This document shows, piece by piece, positions 50,571-60,716 of a stretch of 64,000 nt of DNA. The notes beneath the pieces are model-generated. The model searched no databases. It was not told the origin of the DNA and saw only the letters and a program-made list of their open reading frames with translations. The DNA is taken from NCBI GenBank assembly GCA_963701295.1, contig OY969585.1, positions 2,144,001 to 2,208,000 of the forward strand. The letters run 5' to 3'. The position numbers and the translations under genes are program-made. The stretch comes from Ignavibacteriota bacterium (GTDB lineage Bacteria; Bacteroidota; Ignavibacteria; UBA10030). Positions within the stretch are counted from its first letter, which is position 1, and every line of letters begins with the position of its first letter.

Positions 50571-52232
50571 ATGGATCACATTGAAGAATCCAAAAACAAC
50601 AATGGCAATCTGTCGCGAAGAGGTTTTGTGAAATCGAGTTTGTTTGGAAGCTTAGTTGCAGCTGCTCTCCCTGCAATGGCGTTCGCGAAAAAAACTGCTG
50701 CATCTCCAGCGCTTCATATCGACATTTCATCTTTTGAGTTAGAAGAGACGAGTATCAGCGAACTTGCGGAAGGGATGGCATCGGGAAAATATACTGCTCG
50801 TTCCATCGCTGAAGAGTACTTGGATCGCATAGAAGATATCGATCGGGATGGTCCGACACTCCGAAGTATTATCGAATTAAATCCCGATGCTCTTGAAATC
50901 GCCGATGCACTCGACAAGGAGCGAAAAGAAAAAGGCGCACGCAGTCCGCTTCATGGGATTCCTGTATTGATCAAAGACAATATCGATACTGCAGATCGGA
51001 TGGCAACAACTGCCGGCTCTTTAGCATTGGTGGGAGCAAAGCCGCCGAAAGATGCATTCCTTGTTCAGCAATTACGAAATGCGGGAGCAGTAATCCTCGG
51101 GAAAACAAACCTCAGCGAATGGGCGAACATTCGCTCAAACCATTCAACCAGCGGTTGGAGCGGCAGGGGCGGGCTGACAAAAAATCCGTATGCATTGGAT
51201 AGAAATACATCTGGTTCCAGTTCCGGTTCAGGCGTGGCAGTTTCCGCAAATCTTTGTGTGGCTGCGGTTGGCACAGAGACTGACGGTTCTATTGTTAGCC
51301 CTTCATCGATCAATGGAATAGTGGGCATAAAGCCGACTGTCGGACTTATTAGCCGCACGGGAGTAATCCCGATATCACACACGCAAGATACTCCCGGACC
51401 CATGGCACGCACCGTACGCGACGCGGCGATAGTCCTTGGCGTTCTCACCGGGATAGATGCAGAGGACAAGGCAACCAGTGACAGTCGGGGAAAATCCTCA
51501 ACCGACTATACTCAGTACTTTAAAGCGAATGGGCTGGAGGGAGCAAGAATTGGCGTGGTGCGAAAGTATTTTGGTTTCCACGCTGGCGTCGATAAAGTCA
51601 TTAACGACGCGCTGAATGTCCTCAAACAGCAGGGTGCGGTGCTGGTTGACCCCGCAGATATCCCGACGATAGGAAAATTCGACGATGCTGAAATGGACGT
51701 CTTGATGTACGAACTTAAGGCGGATCTGAATGCTTACTTCGCGCGCCTTGACGTGGGCGCACCCGTTCATTCCCTGAAGGAACTCATTAAATATAACGAG
51801 AAGAATGCAAAATCGGAGATGCCGTATTTTGGGCAGGAACTTTTCCTGAAAGCAGAAGCAAAGGGGCCGCTGACGAGCAAGGAATACATCGATGCACTGA
51901 AGTTGTGTCGACGGATGTCGCGTAAAGATGGAATCGACGCAACGATAAAAAAATTTAAATTGGATGCTCTTGTCGCACCGACCGACAGCCCTGCTTGGCT
52001 CACAGACCTGATCGATAGTGATCACTTTCTTGGCGGAAGTTCAACTATTGCTGCAGTCGCGGGGTATCCGAGCATTACCGTTCCTGCAGGATTTGTTTTT
52101 GGATTACCTATCGGGATCTCATTCTTTGGCCGTGCATGGAGTGAGCCGGCGCTTCTTAAGTTTGCGTACGCATTTGAGCAAGCGACGCATTCGCGCAAAC
52201 CTCCAAGATTTTTGTCGACGGCAGAGGTCTGA
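50571..52232 (+). CDS. Amidase-signature family amidase with Tat signal
   Basis: SRRGFVK twin-arginine, IKDNI, SGSSSGS, GTETDGSI. Confidence 0.95.
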   Translation: MDHIEESKNNNGNLSRRGFVKSSLFGSLVAAALPAMAFAKKTAASPALHIDISSFELEETSISELAEGMASGKYTARSIAEEYLDRIEDIDRDGPTLRSIIELNPDALEIADALDKERKEKGARSPLHGIPVLIKDNIDTADRMATTAGSLALVGAKPPKDAFLVQQLRNAGAVILGKTNLSEWANIRSNHSTSGWSGRGGLTKNPYALDRNTSGSSSGSGVAVSANLCVAAVGTETDGSIVSPSSINGIVGIKPTVGLISRTGVIPISHTQDTPGPMARTVRDAAIVLGVLTGIDAEDKATSDSRGKSSTDYTQYFKANGLEGARIGVVRKYFGFHAGVDKVINDALNVLKQQGAVLVDPADIPTIGKFDDAEMDVLMYELKADLNAYFARLDVGAPVHSLKELIKYNEKNAKSEMPYFGQELFLKAEAKGPLTSKEYIDALKLCRRMSRKDGIDATIKKFKLDALVAPTDSPAWLTDLIDSDHFLGGSSTIAAVAGYPSITVPAGFVFGLPIGISFFGRAWSEPALLKFAYAFEQATHSRKPPRFLSTAEV

Positions 52233-52311
52233 TTCATGATCTGTGGGATTAACAAGGAATCTATTATATAATGACAAAATTAATCGCGCTTTAATATAAG
52301 AATACTGGTTA

Positions 52312-52366
52312 TTGACATCTGCACACTTTTTATGTATATTTGATTCGATGTATATCGAATCAAATA
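52312..52366 (+). promoter_or_regulatory. Promoter with overlapping palindromic operator
   Basis: TTGACA-N17-TATATT; perfect 13-bp inverted repeat TATTTGATTCGAT-GTAT-ATCGAATCAAATA at 52337-52366. Confidence 0.8.
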
Positions 52367-52381
52367 AGATTGAAGATTCCG

Positions 52382-53359
52382 ATGGAAATCGCTGAAAGTG
52401 TACAGATCATAAAAGCGCTCGCAGATAGTTCTCGTCTCACAATCATTCAGGCTCTCCGGGAACCGCAATGTGTCGAGGAGCTTGCTCAGCGTTGCAATCT
52501 TGCTGCATCCACGGTGTGTTTCCATTTGGGGATGCTGGAAAAAGCCGGATTGGTATTCAAACGAAAAGAACAGTACTACGTCGTCTATGCGCTGAATGAA
52601 GCACTTTTCGACAAAAGTCTCCGCGATCTGACATCATTCCGGAATGCAGAACACTACATCCAGGAAGAACGCCTGCAGCGCTATCGAGAAAAAGTCTTGA
52701 AGGCTTTTATAAGGAACGGCCGGGTCAATCGAATTCCGGCTCAGTATAAGAAACGCCTCATTGTAATGGGGGAGATTCTGCGCCGATTCCAACCTGAATC
52801 GGTTTATAAAGAGAATGAAGTAGATGCTCTCATAGGCGAAGTGTGCGACGATTATTGTACAATTCGGCGTGCATTCATTGACGAGGGAATGATGGTACGC
52901 AATGGAGATAAGTATCGCATAGTGAAGTCAACACCGATTACACCGGCAATACATGGCACAGTGAACAAAAAACGTTTAAGGACAATGAAAGTGAAAACAA
53001 AACAGGATATTAAGAGAGAGTACAAAGAAAGGAAGATACCTGCCGGTATTTTTCAAGTGAAGAATAGCGTGAATAGGAAAGTGCTGCTTGGAAGCAGTTT
53101 AAATCTTGAAGGGCCGTTGAACAGTCACAAGTTTATGCTGAAAATCGGACGGCATCGCAACGAAGCGCTTCAGAAGGAATGGAATGAATACGGCCCGGAT
53201 AAATTCGTCTTTGAGATCCTTGAAATTGTAAAGGTCAAAGATGATCCGAACTTCAATCTGAGCGATGAGTTGACACTGCTGGAGCAGATATGGCTTGAGA
53301 AACTTCAGCCTTTCGGTGAGCGAGGGTACAACATCGATTCACATATTCGCCAGGCATAA
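52382..53359 (+). CDS. ArsR HTH + DUF2087-like + GIY-YIG-like fusion protein
   Basis: KALADSSRL..ELA..STVCFHL; IPAQYKKR..DDYCTIRR; AGIFQVKN..LLGSSLNL..LQKEWNEYG. Confidence 0.8.
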   Translation: MEIAESVQIIKALADSSRLTIIQALREPQCVEELAQRCNLAASTVCFHLGMLEKAGLVFKRKEQYYVVYALNEALFDKSLRDLTSFRNAEHYIQEERLQRYREKVLKAFIRNGRVNRIPAQYKKRLIVMGEILRRFQPESVYKENEVDALIGEVCDDYCTIRRAFIDEGMMVRNGDKYRIVKSTPITPAIHGTVNKKRLRTMKVKTKQDIKREYKERKIPAGIFQVKNSVNRKVLLGSSLNLEGPLNSHKFMLKIGRHRNEALQKEWNEYGPDKFVFEILEIVKVKDDPNFNLSDELTLLEQIWLEKLQPFGERGYNIDSHIRQA

Positions 53360-53456
53360 TTATTTTCTGTAAAGATATCGCGAAGTAACAAAATGATAAT
53401 GTGACTCATATTTGTAAAATCAGTACCTTTACATGAAAGAAAACTGAGGAAAGATC

Positions 53457-53930
53457 ATGGAAATATCAAAACATATTGCTTTGGTTGCACATGATAACTG
53501 TAAAAAAGATTTGGTCGAATGGGTAGAATGGAACTGGAAATTGCTCTTGAACCATAAGTTGATCTGTACAGGAACGACCGGCCGCCTTGTTGAAGAAACA
53601 ATATCCAAAAAACTAGAAAAAGGCGATACACTCAAGCATCATATTTTGAAACTCAAATCCGGACCGTTCGGAGGTGATCAACAGCTAGGTGCAATGATTG
53701 CTGAAGAAAAAATCGACTTGTTGATTTTCTTTTGGGACCCTATGCAGCCGCATCCCCACGATGTCGATGTGAAAGCGCTGCTCCGGATTTCTGTTCTTTA
53801 TAATATTCCTACATCGTGTAATAGGGCAACGGCAGATTATATTATTTCGTCACCCTTAATGAAGGAACGATATATTCCAAAAGTAACGGAGTACACTCAA
53901 TACACAGAAAGGGCTATTCCGTTATCGTAG
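53457..53930 (+). CDS. mgsA: Methylglyoxal synthase
   Basis: IALVAHD, TGTTG, SGPFGGDQQ, PHDVDVKALLR. Confidence 0.97.
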   Translation: MEISKHIALVAHDNCKKDLVEWVEWNWKLLLNHKLICTGTTGRLVEETISKKLEKGDTLKHHILKLKSGPFGGDQQLGAMIAEEKIDLLIFFWDPMQPHPHDVDVKALLRISVLYNIPTSCNRATADYIISSPLMKERYIPKVTEYTQYTERAIPLS

Positions 53931-53995
53931 AAGAAACCGCTGGAAAAGGAATCTGAAATATCACCAAATAGCCGGCGGGCAAGCCTGTGATGTTG

Positions 53996-54024
53996 TTGAA
54001 TTGAGAGAGAGTTTTTTGTAATTT
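53996..54024 (+). promoter_or_regulatory. Probable native tRNA promoter
   Basis: TTGAAT-N17-TAATTT ending 13 bp before the tRNA 5' end. Confidence 0.5.
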
Positions 54025-54033
54025 TAGGTGCAA

Positions 54034-54102
54034 CATTGGCCCCGTAGCTCAGTGGATAGAGCAACAGCCTTCTAAGCTGTGGGTCGCGTGTTCGAGTCAC
54101 GC
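54034..54102 (+). repeat. attL: tRNA-Arg copy lacking its 3' 8 nt
   Basis: Identical to 61842-61910, then continues AAAACACT instead of CGGGGTCA. Confidence 0.95.
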
Positions 54103-54182
54103 AAAACACTACGATTTTCTGCATGTCCTTCCTTACTGGGTACTAATTTTGGGACTCCCTGCCTCAGAAAGCGAGGCTTCCG

Positions 54183-55253
54183 ATGTTCCTCTACAAGCAT
54201 TCCAACGGTGTTTATTATCTGTATTTTAAGAACGAGCAAGGCAAAAGACAAAAAGTCTCTACTCGTTGCACATACAAAGCCGATGCAATGAATTTCTTGC
54301 AGTCCTTCAAAAGGGACGAATACGAGAGAAGGCAGAAAGCAAAACATAAGCTTCTATCTGAATTCCTCATTGCTTTTCTTTCCTATGCTGAAGGAAGCTT
54401 CTCTGAGGGCACTGTAGCAATCTACAAGGCAACACTCAAGAACTTCATCGAATACATCGGAGACTTTCCGCTTGCCAATTACACGCCTCAGCATTTTGAT
54501 ATTTACAAAACTGAGAGACAAAAGCCTGTCAAAGTGGTTACGGTTAAAGATGGTCACACAACAGAGAAGGAGAAGATTGTCAAGCCGGTAACTGTCAACA
54601 TTGAACTCCGAGCGCTGAGGGCTTTCTTCAATACAGCCGTCCGGTGGAAGCTCCTCGAAAGTAATCCATTCAAAATCCAACTTGTGAAGGTACCGGAGAA
54701 TAAACCGACTTTCATCACAAAGCAAGAGTTTCAAAAACTGCTCAATGTGATAGAGGAACATTGGTTGAAGGAAGTGATAATTTTTGCCGTCAGTACCGGA
54801 TTGCGGAGAGGTGAATTAGTGAACCTGAAATGGGAAAGTGTTGACCTCAGCCGGAAGTTGCTCTACGTTGAAAGCACTCCGACGTTTCGCACGAAAGCCG
54901 GAAGAATGAGAATCATTCCATTGAATGATACTGCTCTCTACCTTCTGCAATCAAGGCAAGGTAAAGATACGTCGAGCTATGTTTTCACATTGAGTGGAAA
55001 GCTGTTGTTTGCCGATTGGATTACTCACTTATTCAAGCGATATGTGCGAAAGGCAAACCTCAGCAATCAGAGCATACATTTCCATTCACTCCGGCACTCT
55101 TTTGCTTCTTGGCTTGCTCAGGACGGCACTTCTGTTTATGTGATTAAAGACCTACTTGGTCACTCGGACGTGAAAACAACGCAGATATACAGCCATTTAC
55201 AGCCGGAGAGCTTGCATGCTGAGGTGAATAAGATTTCGGTATCTATGAATTGA
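54183..55253 (+). CDS. Tyrosine integrase
   Basis: STGLRRGE, TKAG, HSLRHSFAS, LLGHSD, TQIY. Confidence 0.97.
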   Translation: MFLYKHSNGVYYLYFKNEQGKRQKVSTRCTYKADAMNFLQSFKRDEYERRQKAKHKLLSEFLIAFLSYAEGSFSEGTVAIYKATLKNFIEYIGDFPLANYTPQHFDIYKTERQKPVKVVTVKDGHTTEKEKIVKPVTVNIELRALRAFFNTAVRWKLLESNPFKIQLVKVPENKPTFITKQEFQKLLNVIEEHWLKEVIIFAVSTGLRRGELVNLKWESVDLSRKLLYVESTPTFRTKAGRMRIIPLNDTALYLLQSRQGKDTSSYVFTLSGKLLFADWITHLFKRYVRKANLSNQSIHFHSLRHSFASWLAQDGTSVYVIKDLLGHSDVKTTQIYSHLQPESLHAEVNKISVSMN

Positions 55254-55350
55254 GGAATTGGTTATACTTAAATTTGAATCTTTTGATATAATTAAGTAGA
55301 ATCAATTGAGGCAAAACAATCCATGCGACCGTTATCACAAAGGATGAAAT

Positions 55351-55947
55351 ATGAAAAAGAAAAATAGAATAATTCTAATAGTCATCGCATCAATGATTGT
55401 TTTTCTGTTTTTTATTAAGACAAACCAGATTGCAGGCTTTATCCTTTTTGATAAGACTTATGCTCAAATAGCTGGTTCGAATATGCTGCAAGTCTATGGA
55501 GAAACACCGATTGCCAATAGACCAGTTTATGTTATCTCAATTAATCCTTTTACAATGTTTGATATAGATATTCTTAATGATTACTTTCTTCAGCGAATGG
55601 TTGTTCACAATGATGAATTGAGCATTGAACTTAAATTGATTAAATCAATTGATAAAAATTCACTTCACCGTCTTGATAGTATTGATGCTATTGCCTCAAA
55701 ATCCTTAGATGCTCTAATGAATCATTGGTGCACATATTCAACTCGGACGGATGTAAATGGACATTTCTCCGTCTCTGTTCCTGCAGGAAAATATCTTATT
55801 CTTGCTGTAGTGCCGAGTAAGAGGTTAAGTACTAAAACAGAACCAATTGGTGAGCTTGTATATGATTCAAAATGGGTATTTGCTTTCCAAAATTCATCAA
55901 AAGAGTTCTTGATTCATCCATTAGAATTGATTCATACAATAAGATAA
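55351..55947 (+). CDS. Membrane-anchored cargo protein, hypothetical
   Basis: Basic N-terminus plus TM helix; C-terminal TRTDVNGHFSVSVPAGKY beta-sandwich-like motif. Confidence 0.75.
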   Translation: MKKKNRIILIVIASMIVFLFFIKTNQIAGFILFDKTYAQIAGSNMLQVYGETPIANRPVYVISINPFTMFDIDILNDYFLQRMVVHNDELSIELKLIKSIDKNSLHRLDSIDAIASKSLDALMNHWCTYSTRTDVNGHFSVSVPAGKYLILAVVPSKRLSTKTEPIGELVYDSKWVFAFQNSSKEFLIHPLELIHTIR

Positions 55948-56021
55948 AAATAGGTTGTCATCTTACAAGTTCATCTTGGCTGTTATCCATTAAGCATGCA
56001 TGAATTATGTGTGGAGTTTAG

Positions 56022-56846
56022 ATGAAATCAATACGTCCTTTTATCTTCCTTTTAGCATCCCTCATGCTAATATCATTTGTTACTGCTCAAGATTTTCGCA
56101 GTGTTAAATGGGGAATGACTCGACAACAAGTTATGGAAAAAGAAACAGAATGCAAACCCATTGAATCATTACTCGAAAATGCAATTGCATTTAGATGCGA
56201 AACTGGCAACAGTTCTCTTTATTCGTCCTTAGAGATTTATTATTTTTTTGATAATTACGCTGTGGATAGTATAACAACTACCTTTGGTTTACAAAGTATC
56301 CTTCTTAACTACAATGATGCCACACAGAAACTTTTTGGAGGAATGAAACAATTACGCTCAGCGGAGTGTGGCAATCCAATAAAACGAAACGACAGTTATT
56401 ATTGGAGAAGCAAAGATAAAAAGTATGTTGTTGAATTATCCTATGACCGGAACAAACATTGTATATCTGAAACCATAGCCGAACCGAACTGGGTTTTTGT
56501 GAAAGATATTGATTTCTCAAAAAAACCAAAAGAACAATCTGATTCTCCAGAATGGCAGACCACTCAAACGTTCAGTGGCAAATCAATGGAAACAACAGAC
56601 GACTTTTCTATCAAAAGCAAAAAATGGAGAATAAATTGGACTGTGGTTCCTGTAAACGATGAAATGGCATCGCTCTTCTTTGGCGCCCTACTAGTCAATA
56701 ATGAAGGGCACTCAGAAGTGATTGGAAACGTGATGAATGAAGACAATGGAACTTCGGTTTTTAGAGAACAGGGAACTTATTATTTAAAAATTACAGCATC
56801 AAATGCAAATTGGGAAATCGAAATTCAAGAATATTTAAAAAAATAA
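56022..56846 (+). CDS. Secreted two-domain cargo protein, hypothetical
   Basis: GGAG RBS, signal peptide ..VTA/QD, FRSVKWGMT, beta-rich C-domain. Confidence 0.8.
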   Translation: MKSIRPFIFLLASLMLISFVTAQDFRSVKWGMTRQQVMEKETECKPIESLLENAIAFRCETGNSSLYSSLEIYYFFDNYAVDSITTTFGLQSILLNYNDATQKLFGGMKQLRSAECGNPIKRNDSYYWRSKDKKYVVELSYDRNKHCISETIAEPNWVFVKDIDFSKKPKEQSDSPEWQTTQTFSGKSMETTDDFSIKSKKWRINWTVVPVNDEMASLFFGALLVNNEGHSEVIGNVMNEDNGTSVFREQGTYYLKITASNANWEIEIQEYLKK

Positions 56847-56970
56847 ATTAGATAGCATAGCTAAGCAGGCGCTAAAGATGATAACCTGAGTTTTAAATTT
56901 TTTCCGTTAGGAATTCGCCAACACAAAAAAGGTATTTGCTTCTCTTTAGTGAGAAGGGAGGTTTTATAAA

Positions 56971-57108
56971 ATGGAAACTTTCTTTGTTGTAATCTTCTTC
57001 ATTGGACTGATTGCGGCGGCGATTAGAAGTTATGGTGCGAAAGATGGCACAGACGGCTATAGTGGTAATGACGACGAATTTCATGATGAATTTAATGATT
57101 TTGAATAA
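56971..57108 (+). CDS. 45-aa single-TM protein with acidic tail (not in the ORF track)
   Basis: AAGGGAGGT RBS; METFFVVIFFIGLIAAAIRSYGAKDGTDGYSGNDDEFHDEFNDFE. Confidence 0.65.
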   Translation: METFFVVIFFIGLIAAAIRSYGAKDGTDGYSGNDDEFHDEFNDFE

Positions 57109-57262
57109 CTTCATTTGTTGATTTATTAGTTTGGTTATGACATATTTTTGAGAAGCCGTCCCTTCTCAAACGGACATTCACCGTAAGGTGAAAAATATAA
57201 AATCCATTGTTGGCAGTGGACGGACTGCTGACAGTGGATTTTATGTTGTATGAGGTGATGGT

Positions 57263-58267
57263 GTGTATTCGCGATTAGACAAAGCGGATTTAGAGCATGC
57301 AAGAGAACTTGAACGAACCAGAATGGAACAATTACGGAAACTCGAACGAGAAAGAGTGCACGAGATAGGGAAACTTAAACGTAAAAGGAAAGTTGGAGGA
57401 CTACAGGAAGGTGAACAACAAACATTAGAGTTGTTGAAGTATGATAAAATTTCACTACAACCGTCTAAACTCTGGTATCCTTTTGGAACTATACATACAC
57501 TGAAAGATTTTTTAAGGAGATGCACAAAAAACGAACGACAAATATTCAAAATGATATTGCAAGACATCAATGAGTTAACACCGAAGAGATTGTCACAGGA
57601 GAAGGAACTAACTCTTTTGAACCTTTTACATGGCATAATAAATCTTTTGGAATGTGGAAATGTTAAAGGCATAACGGAGACGGAAGAAAGATACAATCAG
57701 AAACTAAAACTCTACCAAAAAGATATACGTGATAACGAATTATTTCCGCTTGCTCGTAACATTTATAAAATTAGAAATGATAATGCATGTAAACTTGAAT
57801 CATTCATTATCCGGCGGGAAGGTGCTGCACGCGCTTATGCAAAGAAATATTTTAAAAAACATAGAAAAGAACTTGAACAAGAATACAATGATAAATTCAA
57901 CAAGGATATAGCAAAAAGCAAATACAAAAAACGCTGGAAGGAATACATAATCCATGAAGTATTTGGAAAGATAATGAGTAATGGAATCAAAATACCAAGA
58001 AATGAATTGAGACTTCCCAAAGATGGAAGACTTTACAGACATAACAATCGACTTTATATAAGGAAAAATACACCTGAAGTGGAAAAGATTTCATTGGAAA
58101 AAGAACTTTCAAATATTAAGAGAATAAAGCTTTTCGATGCTATGGTAGAGGCTAATAAACAACATAGGATATTTCCCAAAAAAGAATTTGAACAAGACAA
58201 AAAAAAGATTTTCGACAGACTTAAACATTTCCACGGGAAGCACAAAAGCCGTATGAAATTAATTTAG
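57263..58267 (+). CDS. Basic helical hypothetical protein
   Basis: GAGGTG RBS, 334-aa Lys/Arg/Glu-rich ORF followed by a hairpin. Confidence 0.75.
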   Translation: MYSRLDKADLEHARELERTRMEQLRKLERERVHEIGKLKRKRKVGGLQEGEQQTLELLKYDKISLQPSKLWYPFGTIHTLKDFLRRCTKNERQIFKMILQDINELTPKRLSQEKELTLLNLLHGIINLLECGNVKGITETEERYNQKLKLYQKDIRDNELFPLARNIYKIRNDNACKLESFIIRREGAARAYAKKYFKKHRKELEQEYNDKFNKDIAKSKYKKRWKEYIIHEVFGKIMSNGIKIPRNELRLPKDGRLYRHNNRLYIRKNTPEVEKISLEKELSNIKRIKLFDAMVEANKQHRIFPKKEFEQDKKKIFDRLKHFHGKHKSRMKLI

Positions 58268-58292
58268 CACCTTCATAAATTTTCACTTCACA

Positions 58293-58335
58293 AAAGGCTT
58301 GCTTTCTTAAATGAGAGTGAGCCTTTCTCGTTTTT
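58293..58335 (+). terminator. Probable terminator
   Basis: AAAGGCTTGCTTTC/GAGAGTGAGCCTTT stem with a T-rich tail. Confidence 0.55.
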
Positions 58336-58461
58336 ATAAAACAAACTGCAAAAAGTGAAGTCTCTTCACCCAATTAGCTCTGATTATTATGGTATCTACA
58401 AATACTTCTTCATAAAATTCTATGTGAATAAAAGCTTAGACATAAATCGAATTGAATCAAG

Positions 58462-58502
58462 AAGCAGATTGGAGTTCCCTAAGCTCTCCAATCTGCTTTT
58501 TT
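58462..58502 (+). terminator. Terminator-like hairpin in the replication operon leader
   Basis: AAGCAGATTGGAG/CTCCAATCTGCTT perfect 13-bp stem plus T run. Confidence 0.7.
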
Positions 58503-58583
58503 ATTTGTTGCACTCGCAACAACAAAAAACGGGCTGTCAAGTTCGAGGCTTAGACAACCCGTCAAAATCCAGAAAGGATTTTT

Positions 58584-59003
58584 ATGCTACAATCAAATAT
58601 ACAAAGAATTATTCTCAGTCCAACAAAATTAAAAAGTGTTTGGACTGTTGAACTGCACCTTCCATTTGAAACGCGCTATGTTGGCAAGTTGGACAAAGCC
58701 GGAGAAGGAACATTTATCTGCAAGAGGAAAGAAAAACATCTTCACTGGAAGACTAATTCGCTTGGTGTCAATCTTGAACTGCTTCAACGTTTCGATTTCA
58801 GGTGGATTTGTATTGAGTATTGCGGTCGTAAGCTCTTTACTACAAAACTATACATTCTCCATCATGGTAAGGTGTTCACATTCGACAAATCCGGTTTTGA
58901 AACGCAAGCGTTTCTTCCGTTGGAGGCTTGGGGACAGGATAAAGCATTAGAATTTGAAAGGCATTTAAACAGTCAAGGTAACTTATTCAATGAGGCTGCC
59001 TAA
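58584..59003 (+). CDS. Hypothetical protein, first gene of the replication operon
   Basis: AAGGA RBS; TAATG coupling to the helicase. Confidence 0.75.
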   Translation: MLQSNIQRIILSPTKLKSVWTVELHLPFETRYVGKLDKAGEGTFICKRKEKHLHWKTNSLGVNLELLQRFDFRWICIEYCGRKLFTTKLYILHHGKVFTFDKSGFETQAFLPLEAWGQDKALEFERHLNSQGNLFNEAA

Positions 59004-60364
59004 TGATTACTACTATTGATGCTGAAAAGTTATTGGTAGCCGCTTGCTTGCAAGGCAGGAAATCAACCCTAATGATTGCAGATACATTGGGAGTCTGTGA
59101 AGATGACTTTAGCGATAAGCATCTCAGAATGATATTCGATGTATGCCAAGCTTTAGTCCTTCAACGAAAAGATGTTGATGCCCTTGCAGTTCAATCCTAT
59201 CTCCGGAATAGTGTTGATGAATTGTATTTCTCTGGTAAAGATAAACAGCAGGAACTTGAAGCGGTCGAATCCCTCTGCAAAGATGTCGCAACCGATTATC
59301 AATTCCTTAAACAACTCGCTTCTCCCTATACAGCTTGTCAATTTGTGAAGAAGGAAGCGCAACGCCGGAAAGTGATGGAGAAGATTTTCACACTATCGGA
59401 TAAACTGCAAAACGGAAGTGATGTTGAGGCAATCCTCAATATCGGTATATCGGACTTGCTTGCGATTTCGCATTCGATACAGAACTTGAATCAAAAGAAT
59501 TATCTCTCACTTGACGATGCAATCGTTGAAGCTGAAAGAGAAATCCAAGACGAACTCTCTGGAAAAGCGAACTGGCTATCTACCGGAATACCGGACGTTG
59601 ACAAATTGATACACGGACTCCACAATGAATGTTTATACATCATAGGAGCTGAGGCAAAGGTAGGAAAATCTTTGTTGAGCAATCAAATAGCACTTCATAA
59701 TGCAATCAAAGGCATTCCGGTCGGTATTGTTTCGATGGAAATGAGCGGACGCGAGATTGTGAAACGATATGCCGGAATATCTCACTGGGCAAGTCCACAA
59801 GATAAATTGCAATCTCTGGAAACATTCAAAGCACAAGCAAAAGGAAAGCCATTGTATTTCCGGCAAGGTGGAACTTCAACAAAATCCCTGTTCTCTATCC
59901 TTCAACAATTGGTCAATGATAGAAAATGCAAGCTTCTGATTTTGGATTATCTCCAGCTTATTCAGCTATCCGAAAAGAACCGGAACGCCGTTGATGAACT
60001 CAATTCTGTCTTAGCTGAATTGAAAAGCTTTGCAATTGAAAATCAGATACCGATTATTCTTGTGAGTGCTGTATTGACAAAGCAAGTCGCTGGAAAGAAT
60101 ATCAAGAAGCCCTCACGAGCCGATATAGTGGGAACTGGCAGAGCAATCAACGACTGTGATTGTATGTTGATGCTCTGGACACCGGAAGAGGAGAACCGAA
60201 AGTATATCGAAATCTTTGTAGAGCATGGACGCAATGGAGAAAATGGAAAAGCCGGTCTCTACCTCAACGATTCACTACAACTCGTACCAACAACTTTAAG
60301 AGAAGCTGAGGTAATACCATTGAAGGAATATAAGCCGAAATCTTCTTACGGCGGAAAGTGGTAG
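59003..60364 (+). CDS. Divergent DnaB-like replicative helicase
   Basis: IDAEK N-domain, STGIPDVD, Walker A GAEAKVGKS, SMEM, ILDYLQLI, RNG. Confidence 0.88.
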   Translation: MITTIDAEKLLVAACLQGRKSTLMIADTLGVCEDDFSDKHLRMIFDVCQALVLQRKDVDALAVQSYLRNSVDELYFSGKDKQQELEAVESLCKDVATDYQFLKQLASPYTACQFVKKEAQRRKVMEKIFTLSDKLQNGSDVEAILNIGISDLLAISHSIQNLNQKNYLSLDDAIVEAEREIQDELSGKANWLSTGIPDVDKLIHGLHNECLYIIGAEAKVGKSLLSNQIALHNAIKGIPVGIVSMEMSGREIVKRYAGISHWASPQDKLQSLETFKAQAKGKPLYFRQGGTSTKSLFSILQQLVNDRKCKLLILDYLQLIQLSEKNRNAVDELNSVLAELKSFAIENQIPIILVSAVLTKQVAGKNIKKPSRADIVGTGRAINDCDCMLMLWTPEEENRKYIEIFVEHGRNGENGKAGLYLNDSLQLVPTTLREAEVIPLKEYKPKSSYGGKW

Positions 60365-60371
60365 GCAGGCA

Positions 60372-60716
60372 ATGGCTTCTCCACAAGTTGAAAATGGCTA
60401 TACAAGAGTGTCTAATGAGCTATTAGAAGCGATTGTGAGAACGAAAATGAACGGGACGCAGTTCGCTATAGTCTTAGCTGTGATTAGAGCAACCTATGGC
60501 TTTCATAAGAAAAGTAGAGAATTAGGTCTTGCATTCTTTGCAGTAGCAACCGGACATAATAAGCGAAAAATCGGAATCGAACTTAATAAGCTAATCAATA
60601 GAAAGATTCTGATAATAGAAAAAGGGCATTGTCTTGGTCATAGTCGTGCATTGAGACTTAATAAAGATTATGAGAGCTGGATAAATTTTGATAGGTATGT
60701 ACCTAATGGGACATAG
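60372..60716 (+). CDS. Lambda-O-like replication initiator (N-terminal domain only)
   Basis: ENGYTRVSNELLEA, VIRATYGFHKK, LNKDYESW. Confidence 0.85.
   Translation: MASPQVENGYTRVSNELLEAIVRTKMNGTQFAIVLAVIRATYGFHKKSRELGLAFFAVATGHNKRKIGIELNKLINRKILIIEKGHCLGHSRALRLNKDYESWINFDRYVPNGT

Noticed and set aside
54038-54102. Second functional tRNA-Arg
   Set aside because: Lacks the 3' acceptor strand; it is the attL copy
54079-54291. ORFs starting MGRVFESR here and at 61887
   Set aside because: Artefacts of translating the tRNA repeat
56893-57114. Minus-strand 73-aa ORF
   Set aside because: Shadow of the plus-strand small gene, which has a strong RBS
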